Assembly (NCBI GenBank): GCA_973895155.1
Contig: OZ316894.1
Span: 11,632,728-11,696,727, forward strand
DNA: 64,000 bases
Direction: 5' to 3'
DNA from: Marsupella aquatica
Taxonomy: Eukaryota > Plantae > Marchantiophyta
Positions 38,511 through 49,128 of this stretch are shown in pieces. Both the position numbers and the translations under genes were made by a program. Under the pieces are notes generated by a model. It saw only the letters and a program-made list of their open reading frames with translations, was not told the origin of the DNA and did no database searches. How positions within the stretch are numbered: position 1 is the first letter of the stretch; each line of letters starts with the position of its first letter.

Positions 38511-41500
38511 ATTGTCAAGGATGGGCCTCGGCCCAATTATATCTACAAGAATGGCAAATGATCTGCCAAAAGACATTTTGAGACATGAGGGTCTGTGGAA
38601 TGTGCAGACTTGTACGTTATGGCAACACTCCAAGGCTCGATAAGACATTCACCACAGTTCAAAAGATTGGCATCACACCGTACGGTATATGCAATGCTTT
38701 CATGATTGAATACATCGACACTCAAGATGGAAAAGTAAATGTCTGCGTAGCATGTGCTCGCAATCCTAAAAGGATTCAAATAAACACTTTTGTGTCTCCA
38801 CAATACGCAATTGATATCCTAGCTTCAAAGCCACTTTACATGCAATTATTGTCGTTGATTGATTGCCGACTGGGAATTGTACAAAAATTCCACGGCTTCC
38901 ACTCTGGGTTTTACAAGAATGAAAGCCTCCTAGACAGCCCCTTGATATCTTGGAATCTTGAGACCTTGGAGTGTGACAACAAAGACGAGATTATGTTGCA
39001 GATCTACAAAGTGATGGAGTTGAATTTGACTAAGAATGAGCTTTTTAAGCAATATGTTTCGTTGGTCAAACTGCCAGAACCATCGCTTGGTCTTTGCATC
39101 CTCAGTTCCCAAGCTGTTGACAACATCCTCAAAGACAAAAGGGCGAAAGGAATCACCACAAGATCGATGAACTTTGACCCCTTTGATCTCGATCTACACT
39201 GTATCTTGCAAGATGTCACATACACAATCCCAGCTTCACGTAAACGACATTACCAAATCTTCCGCTCTAGCACCGTCTACGCTCGCAAACGGCTGTGCAC
39301 TGAAGAAGAAGTCAAGACAAATGCTGGAGGTATATCGAACAATCCAAAATTGACGTTGGAGACCGCGATGTTCCCGTTCCTGTTCGTTCACTCGAGGGGA
39401 TTCCACCAAGGACAGCTCAGCTTGATTGACTACATGAAACGCAGAACCCAACAATTATTCAGTGTGTTCACTTTGTACAAGCCGTACATACTCATTATGA
39501 ACCAGTTGCGGCAGGCCAGCCAAATAGTGTCCATGAGCAGGACAACGGTGATTAAGAAGGAATACCTGTCCATCAAAAAGAAATTCCCCCACTTCATTGA
39601 AAGAGATATCTACAAAATGTTGATAAAAAAACCATCTCCCAAGCTATTCCAGGTAGCCCAGCGTGGCACGGAAAACACCTTGATGACTTGAAGTGCATGG
39701 TGAGAAAGTGGGGACTTCCACAATTCTTCCTAACATTGACTTGCGACGAGCTCAGCGACACAAGATGGCCTGAGATTGCAGACTTGGAAAATATTGCAAG
39801 GAGAATGAATCGATTGTTCTCGTGGAAAGATTGTCCGACCGAATGTGACGTCCTTTTCCATGAAAGAATACAACAATTTTTCAAGGATTACATTTTGTCT
39901 ACACGTGCCATACTCGGCAAGGTGTTGCGCTATGTCATCATGTACGAGTTGCAGGGAAGAGGATCACTCCATGCACACACAGTGCTATGGGTCAAGGAAT
40001 GTGACATAGATCGTGTCACAAACGAGATACCTGCATACATCCCCGAGAAATTTGATGCAGCCTCGGGAAGAATTGAGGAGCCCAAAAATCCAATAGAGAG
40101 AATACTATATCAAAATGTGGTGACAAAACAAATGCACTACTGCAAGCCCGACTTGTGCTTGCAGACACACCGCCAAATCGGTCTACGATATTGCAAATTG
40201 GGATTCCCCCAAGAGACATACCTTCAGAGGAATGGGACGATAGATCCAACAATTGGGAGGTGGAGGTACCTCAGGCCAAGTGACCACCATCGTAATGTCG
40301 TGCCGTACCATCCGCTGGTGCTACTACTATGGGGTGCGCACATGAACCTCCAACGTGTCACGAATGCAGCTTGGTCATCCTATTTGCTCAAGTACGCCAT
40401 CAAATGCGAGCCGTTGGGATCTCTCAAGTTGAATTCAGACGACGCACGCACACTAGGCTTGGAAGACTTGACTGAAATCCAACTAAAGCTGGTTAGTGGG
40501 GCTGTTCTATCTCGAACTGTGTGCGCCACGGAGGCGGCTTTGACATGCCTCAAAATCAATATCATACATCGCTCAGAGACAGTGTTCTACATGGATTCCT
40601 CCCCTCCTGAGCTAAGATCAGCCATCTATCGGAAATCATCGGGAATATGTTTACATCCGACTCGATTGTATGCACAAAGACCAGATGCGCTCTTTGATAT
40701 GTCCTTCCACAACTACTTCACAAAACACGAAGTCCTCACCGACAAGAAAAGTACCAACACTGACTATGTCTGTAGAGACTTACAAGGCAACTTTGTGTAT
40801 CGTACAAACCGGCTTGTGCGATTTTCAGAGTACCATCCGGTCTACAGGATGAATGGCTTCTTCTACAACTACCTATTGAAGGTTGTAAGATTTCGTGCTA
40901 AAGGAGAAATTCTGCTAAACCCCTTCAGCGACACTTGGACCTACCTACACGAGTGCATCCATCGCAAGTTGATCAACAACGTAGAGGACATACACCAACT
41001 GGTTCTTGAGTACTGCACATCACACCTCTACTCTACCCATCACACATCGCAATTATTGCAGGAGCTGAACGACAAGCTTCCTCCTGACATTTTCAGGGAA
41101 GCGGCCACATTCCAGCCAAGCTCTTCCAATGTCGCACCAGTAACAATGGACAACACCCTACTTGACGAAGCAATCCAAAACATGAACTTGACTCCAGACC
41201 AAAAGGAAGTGTTCGAGGCACTTAAGGACATCAACAACGGATTGTTCATGATCAATGGGAACCCGGGATCAGGCAAGACTTTCTTCATAGCGCACATGGA
41301 CAGGTATTGGAGATCAAAAGGAAGGTCGGTGAAGATGTGTGCCACCACGGGTGCAGCCGCAATCAACCTCAACTCCAACGTTGTGACAATGCATTCCTTG
41401 TTTAACATTCCAACACACGGAGAGCTCCGACCTCTTCACATCACAAGCCCATATTTTCAGACCTTGCGAAACAACGATGTGTTTGTCATAGATGAGGCCA

Positions 41501-43471
41501 GCATGCTAACGCCAAAACTACTATGGTGTATCTCCACAAGACTCCACGAGACACTCCAAGACGAGTACCGCACAGCCGACCCTTTCAAGAGAAAGATGGT
41601 CATTCTAGTGGGTGACATGTGCCAACTGCCCCCGGTGTGCAACCATCACACAAACAACATATGCAAATTGTGCCATATATCAGCGTCGCCATATTACGAG
41701 TCCATGCAAAAGTTCCACCTCAGCACAGTCCTCAGGCAGAGCACGGACCGACAATTCATGGAGTTCCTCAATGAAATCCGAATAGAGCTCCCTACCCAAG
41801 AATCGATCGAGGCTTGCCTCGCAAAATGCTATGTCTCAAAAACTGAAGCGCTAGACTTCATGGACGCCTCTACGACTGTCATATGCACGCATAGAGACTC
41901 TGTCAACAACTACAACAACCTGGCTCGACAAAGCTACTTTGCACCTCAAGAGATCGTAGACATCCCCATCCTCACAAACGCAGCATCCAACGATGCGACA
42001 AAAACTTGGATCCAAGATTCTGACTTCCACACACTCTCAACCGCAGCCATCGGATGCAAGGTGGTTCTCACACACAACATCGACCTCGCCCAACATGCAG
42101 TGAATGGCAACGGTGGAGTCATCGAGGACATCATGACTCACACAAACGGCAAAATGACTATTTCTGTCCGTCTAACTTCAAACCATCGCCTCATCAAAGT
42201 GAACCGCAGAGTGCATGAAAACAAATTTCTCTCAGGACTCGAGACATAGGAAATCCACGTTCCCTTTGATGCTCGGGTATGTAATTACCGGACACAAAAG
42301 CCAAGGATGCACGATAGCCAACAAGGTCGTGTTGGACATAAGTAATGCATTTGCACCAGGGCTTGTCTACGTCATGTTGAGTAGAGTCACAAGCAGGTCA
42401 TTCATGCGCATTGTTGGAAATCTCACGTCGTCCGACTTCAGAGTGTTTCGCTTATCCCGAGGCATACATGTTCATGGTGAAGCAGATGTCGACCAGCAAA
42501 CAGAGCAAGGCAGGGAAAACATCCCAAGCACGTCCACGGGAACCAGCGCACATGGAGACGACCGCACCAGCTGCCAAGCCAAACATCATGATGGTAACAC
42601 CACTAAATAACATCTCCCACTCTCTTCACCACTATTCAATTCATGCACAAAATCACATCTAAAGAAATTGTTAACAAGTACAAGTACAAAACTATGTTTG
42701 TCTAAAATATGCTCCAACATTTACTAATCTAAGAAAGTAATAATTAATGTAACTCATCTTAACACAACACAAAAGAATGTTGTAACAACAACATGATTGA
42801 CACTAACACCAACTAACACTGTGTTGTTGTTTCACTACGACCCATGACGGCAGTCAAGCTGGCGCGATTGATCATGCGTGAGCTGCCTACAGGGGACCAC
42901 AGTTCTGAGAAAGATGTCCCCATGACCAAAGAGATCGAGTACGCGGACGGTATGGGAATGGAGACCTCCGAATGGGACTCCGGCATCAGCAAAAGAGACA
43001 TGTCAAAATTGATTGACAACCGCAAGAAAATCTTTGAAGATTTCAAGGAACTCTACAACGACAGACCAGCAACAGGTAACAAGCTCAAAATCTCACTCAA
43101 ACCCATTTCACAATGTTCAAGAACAATAACATACTAAAACAACCACAAATTGAAACACAGGAGTGCAGAAAGAGGTCCTCAGGTTCATGGCAGTCCCTTT
43201 CGATGAGGAACAGCTAACCAAGAAGGAAGCGACACACGAATACATCCAGCTTACAAAGGGAGCGTACTTGACCCAGGTGACAAGGCTGAGGCACGACTTC
43301 AAGATGCCAATCGACATGCTGGTCAGCTTGACCAGAGAGCAAGCACAGACGCTGATCGATCGTATGTAGAGGAGCAGGGAGGAAGGCCTCATCACCGACG
43401 TCCCCGCTTTGAACAACAATGAGACATCGACAATGTGCGCTTCTTTGAAGCGCAAGTACAATGCCACCTAG
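38417..43471 (+). mobile_element. Helitron-superfamily Rep/Helicase gene (Helentron/Helitron2-like), disabled
   Basis: Rep motifs FFLTLT, YELQGRGSLHAH (HUH) and YLLKYAIK. PIF1-type helicase motifs GNPGSGKT, VIDEASML, ILVGDMCQLPPV, LRQ, FPLMLGYVITGHKSQG and YVMLSRV. Lesions: in-frame TGA 38579-38581, frameshifts near 39631 and 42241, TAG 43367-43369. Confidence 0.92.
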
Positions 43472-45993
43472 AGGGAAAATAGACATTGTTAGGTAGATGA
43501 GATATTATATCATAAAACTATTTTGCATAAATAAAACATTTACCACTTTGTTTCATTTGCTCCAATAAAGCAATTTCACTTCATCACACACATATTATTT
43601 CAATGAACTTGGGGGTCCATGGATTAATTAACTCCAAAATGTACACTATAGTACAATACTTTACACCTAAATGGTCAATTGTAAACTTGAGAGGGCAACA
43701 AGGATCTTTACTAGAAGGAGTCTCATACTAATTCATTTACAAAGGATGAACATGGTGGTAAGTCTCATGGCCATCACCTTTGTTGCTTGCCCAAATGTAC
43801 AATAATTTTTGAAAGCCAAATATACACTTTCTTTTGCCCAAATGTTCATAAATCGAATAATAATTCACTTTTAATGACGAGATTGATGGGACTTCTTTTC
43901 CCTTCAGGTGGGTGTCAGTAGGAGATCAAGTAGCAAATGGTTTTGTTCGGTTCAGCCTCTTTTCTTTGGCCCAGCCTCTCATTTTTTGGTATGGGCAAGA
44001 GAGGATTATCTGATGTAATCCCATGGGTGATCTGCCCTAGTGGATTTTGTAGGCCCTGAAGAGGCTATGGATCACCAAGCTTGAACCAAAGAGAGCTTGT
44101 TAAGAACATTGACCTCCATTTAGTGAGACTCGCAAAGGATCTTCTATCCTACTAATAATTTGCAAAGGGAGCTACTTTAAAGGCCTAGAATGAAGCCTCT
44201 AGACTGTAACTCTTAATAAGAACAAAACTGCAATGACTCTTAACAAGGACAAAACTTAACATGAGGGTGAACAAATGAGGGTGGACAAAAACCAAGGATG
44301 TGGGCAAAGATGAACAAAAGTGACACTGACTCTAAATAAAGACAAAACTGAAATGAAGAGGGACCAAAAACACAGATGGGGCAAAGACTAACGGGACAAA
44401 GCATAAATTCTTTTTTAATTGGGCTGGTCCTATTAAACTTCGTTGTCAAGGTAGATTTTCCATTCAAATTCCATAATTGTAAGGCCAGGGTGGCCAGGGG
44501 ATTCCACATAGGCCACCACTTGTTCCATTTGCCACCACCAAATGCACTCTGGGGGATTATTAGCCAGAACGTACTATATAATTGACTATCAGTAATCCAT
44601 ATCCAGACTTATGCCTGTCCCTAGAGTAAAATGGTTGTCACCTTGGCTAATGATTGGTGCATGGCAACCATTTGAATAGGGTGACAAGGCAGTATGCATG
44701 ACATTGGTGCACGCCAAGTCTAGTGTGCTGGAAAGAAAATCTGGCAGGCCGGGATGGCGTGAATTAAAATAGATTGGTTAACATTGATCTGAATGCACAA
44801 GTCTAGGTTTGATATTCGTGATGGCTTCACCTAATCATATGCAATCCAACAATTTTTCTTGTGCTTGGGCTTTGTTCAATAGCATTCTGCATGGAAAATG
44901 TTTCCATTCATGTCCCACTACACGGCTTTTGTGGTCGTTTAGGTTCTATTTTGGGTCATGTTCAGTTACTTTAGCTTTGAGGCTAAAGTTTTTCAAGGTC
45001 TTTAGGCTCACTTGAATAAAGTTCTGGGTACTCAGATTAATTGACCCACCTGCCAAATTCACAGGTAAGGTTTATGTCGCAAACAGTTGACAATTTTGAC
45101 GACGTTGTCAAGTAAGATTTCAAGATGCCACGCACATTTTGAAAATGCGCAATGTACTCATGAAGTTTCATTGTGATGTGTTGACAATTTCTTAAGCGAG
45201 GGACTTGAGTCCGTGATATGCGAGCGATGGAGTGACACAAATGTTTTCAATCACACCAGGCATTTCATTGATCCATTTTACTTGCTTTCAATTGGGCTGA
45301 GATTTGGAGCTTCAAGACCGAGTTCAAGACAAAGAAGTTGCATTTTTCTCCGGGCAATAGGACTTGGCTACTTTCTCCACAAGGTAGTCAAGTAGTCAAT
45401 TGCAATCCGCGACCAGTTCCTTTTTTGGGGGGTGTAAAATCAGTGATCAATTTATGCAGTCCATGGGGATGGGCAGGGACAAGGTCTAGGTCCATCCAGG
45501 CTTCAGATGCCTTGCAATTTTGAGAGATTTTGTATTTCTATTATTTTTAATAAACGTATAAGGAGAAGTTTCATAATTCCAAGTCTAGAGTGGGCATTCT
45601 TCTCCATAAAACCACCAAATGTTTCTAAAAAATAATCTCATGATGGGTTGTAATCCCAGAGCGTGAGCCCAAGGAGATTACAGCTCATAACCCAGGAGTA
45701 GCCCATGCTTGACCAAGCATAAACCTTCATTTGGAGTCTTCCAAATATTATTCTGAGGAGTCATGACCTTGATCCGTGCTAGTTACACACAGACATTTAA
45801 ATTTTGTGATCTTGGGGCCAGACTGGCAAGGGAGTCTTCAATGAAAATATATGAGGAAAACTCACAAGGAGGGTTTATGTCATGTCAAACTGTGTTTTGA
45901 GGAAAAAACAATGGGGGTACAAAAAGCTACAAGTGTCTTGATGGATTAACAGTCTAGACTTTAAAATCTAATATTTTGACCAAACGGTCGGCA

Positions 45994-46331
45994 TGTTAGG
46001 TATTTACTCCAGGTTTAGGGTTACGATATGTAACCGTAGTTAGGCTAACTATCAGAGACGTGGTTAGGTTAACTAGATGCACACTATATGCCAAACGGTG
46101 TTTTCTTGGATAAGTGGAACTAAGGCTCATTGTTACGGAGCCACTTGAGAGATGAGGAGAACTTAGACTGTGGAGACTTGGTATGGCTGACGACTTAGAG
46201 TTCAATAAAGCTCTCTTGTGTGTTCCCGTGGACGTAGCCTCAAGGAGGTGAACCACATATTTTTTGTGTCGACTACTTGTGTGTTGGATGTGTCATGAGC
46301 TTACAGTTGCGATTGTCGTCTATGCTCAACA
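45994..46331 (+). mobile_element. Solo LTR (Copia-like), 338 bp
   Basis: Begins tgtt and ends aaca; flanks cggca/tggca (5-bp TSD with 1 mismatch); internal aataaa followed by cccgtggacgtag..ggtgaaccac, a motif typical of plant Copia LTRs. Confidence 0.7.
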
Positions 46332-47749
46332 TGGCAAAGATCCAACAATTGCCTTACATGAGTTAGGCTAGCCAAATCTATGCATGCCACCAACTGCTAG
46401 CTTTAAGGTACATGTGGCAGTTTTGATCTCTCAGAGTTTTGTGGCCTTAAGCTTCCCAAAGTCTCCCTTAGGTTCTTCTCTAGATATAAATTGGTGTGAA
46501 AAAGAGGTAGTGTTGGTATAAAGATGTTTTGAGGAGAATACCTTTAGAGATTAAGGAATGGCTATTTTCAGCTTACAAAATGAGTTTTCTTATTATTTGT
46601 CCCCTATCTTGGGAGATGGGACTCTTCTACCCATGTACAAGATTAGTTATTGGACTCATAAAATTTTTGTTCATAGATACCGCAGCTGACCCTTATCCAT
46701 TCTCGATTCCAAGGTGTGCAATTGGTGACCTGGGGTCCGCGTGTGACTTTTGGCATTGTGGCATTTGGTTGGCTCCCCGGTTGGCTCGTGCTCTAGCTCT
46801 TAGGCTTTGTTTTTTCTTTGTGCCCTGCTGGTTTTGTCCATAGCTGCCCTCGGAAAAGGTTGGGTGCACAGCCTTTTCTTTGAGAAAATATTTTTAAACC
46901 AACAAACCAAATGAGCATTTTTTTTGTCAAACATCACAAGGTTAAACCAAATCTAACTAATAAAGAGCAATCAAAAGCTACTCTCCTTGCCTAGTCTTTA
47001 GAGTGAACCCACTAAACCCTTACACTAAATGAGGGCATAACTGAATGTGAAGGTCCTATGCACACAAAAAACAAGGATGGGGGCAAAGATAAACAGAAAA
47101 TAAGTTAACATGGAATCCCCTTTTTTAAGAAGGCTTTCTTTTCTCCTCCTCTCTATTTACGTTCAACAGATGCGTAATTTCTGTACAAAATGTAGGTTAC
47201 CAATGTATAACCATTTTCATAGATACTTGCTACATAATCCCTTGCCCAGAAATAAGTTTTTTTTCAGACAATAATTAATCACTATAATGGAGGTCCGGGC
47301 AGAGGTTCTAGCCCAAACCATCTCCAAGAAAGCGCAAAAAAGCTTCTAGGCTCCCCATCAGGTTTTCTGCACGTTTTGGTGAGAGGGTTACATGCTAGAG
47401 GGTTACATTGTCAGGAAAACTGGCACGACACAACCACGAGAGCACAACCAACAAGCATATGCACACACCAGCACAAGATGTATGTGGTTCACCTTTGTCA
47501 AGTCTACTTTCACGGAATGCTAGAGCTTTTACTAAGCTTTGGCCACCATGGCCACACAAAGCCTCCATGTACAAGCTCTCCTCCTAGCACCTAGCGAGGT
47601 ACCTAGCTAGCTTCCTCAACAATGAACATGAGTCTCCCAAAAAAACTCTCCCTAACTAGATACAAGAGTCGCGACTAATCACCATTAACACTCTAATGGT
47701 GGTATAGGCTTAGTAACTACAAGTTAACCCAAGACTAGAGTTAACCCTA

Positions 47750-48785
47750 ACATACATGCTAGTAACCCAGACCGTCACAACTCTATACTTAATGAGGCTA
47801 GTACTCTTAGTTTGAAGTTACTAGAAATCTACAAAGAGGGAAGATTACTGTGACAAGCATTGGAGCCAAGGATGTGAGAGGGTTACATGATGGGTTAGAC
47901 AAGCCTTGGAGCCAAGGATGTGAGAGGGTTACATGACAGGTTACTGGGTTACATGCTAGAACCCAGACCAGACCTTCATATTTCTGTCGTAATTCTCATA
48001 ATTCTATATTCAATGAGGCTAGTACTGTTAGTTTGAAGGTAATAGAAATACACAAAGAGGGAAAATTATTGTGACAAGAGTTTGAGCCAAGCATGTAAGA
48101 GGGTTACATGCCAGAAGGTCACAGGGTTACATGCTAGTAACCCAGACCAGACCGTCAAAATTCTATACTCAATGAGGCTAGTACTATTAGTTTGAAATAA
48201 CAAGAAATTTACAAAGAGGGAATATTATTGTGACAACCGTTTGAGCCAATCATGTGAGAGGATTACATGATAGTAACCCAGACCAGACCGTCATAATTCT
48301 ATATTATTCAATGAGGCTAGTACTCTTAGTTTGAAGTTACTACAAATCTACACGGAGGGAATATTATTGTGACCATCTTTTGAGCCAAGCATGTGAGAGG
48401 GTTACATGCTAGTGGGTTACAACCTTACATGCTAGTAACCCAGACCAGACCGTCATAATTCTATACTCAATGAGGCTAGTACTGTTAGTTTGAAGTTACT
48501 AGAAATCTACAAAGAGGGAAAATTATTGTGACAAGCTTTTGAGCCGCGCATGTGAGAGGGTTACATGCTAGGGGGTTACATGCTAGTGGGTGGGTTACAT
48601 GCTAGTGGGTGGGTTACATACTAGTGTGTTGCAGGGTTACATGCTAGTAACCCAGACCAGACAGTCATAATTCTATACTCAATGAGGCGTTACTGTAGTA
48701 CTCTTAGTTTGAAGCTACAGTACTAGAAAATCTAGAAAGAGGGAAAATTATTGTGACAAGCGTTTGAGGCAAAGCGTTTGAGGTC
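47750..48785. repeat. Tandem array, 6 x ~140-220-bp units, directly upstream of VPS8
   Basis: aatgaggc at 47791, 48012, 48171, 48310, 48469 and 48681; units contain the hairpin ggttacatgctagtaacc and variable ggttacatg subrepeats. Confidence 0.92.
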
Positions 48786-49128
48786 AAAATGAGACTTGCC
48801 GCTGAAGGATGAGTACACTGCACTACACTAGAGCTCTGATCCTCCATTGTGCACAGATTGCTTTGCCCACTTCTTAGAACTCTGCTTCGGCTCATCCTTC
48901 TCGCGCGAAGCTCCCTGAAATGTGTATACCACTCTCTGCCGTTTGAATCCAGGATGATGCAATTTCTGTGGCGGACTTCTGTGTGGTTACTTCCCTTGTG
49001 TTGTCTCTCTCAGAGTTCTTTGCTTCCTCATATTGTTTCCGCTTCTTCCTCCTTCGTTGTGCCATTCTTTACCCTTCCTGCCGCCGCTCCGGCTCCACTT
49101 CTCGAGGTTCATCTGCGCCTTTTGTTAA

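Noticed and set aside
47750-48785. CRISPR-like repeat-spacer pattern
   Set aside because: The intervening sequences are homologous to each other, so this is a tandem satellite.
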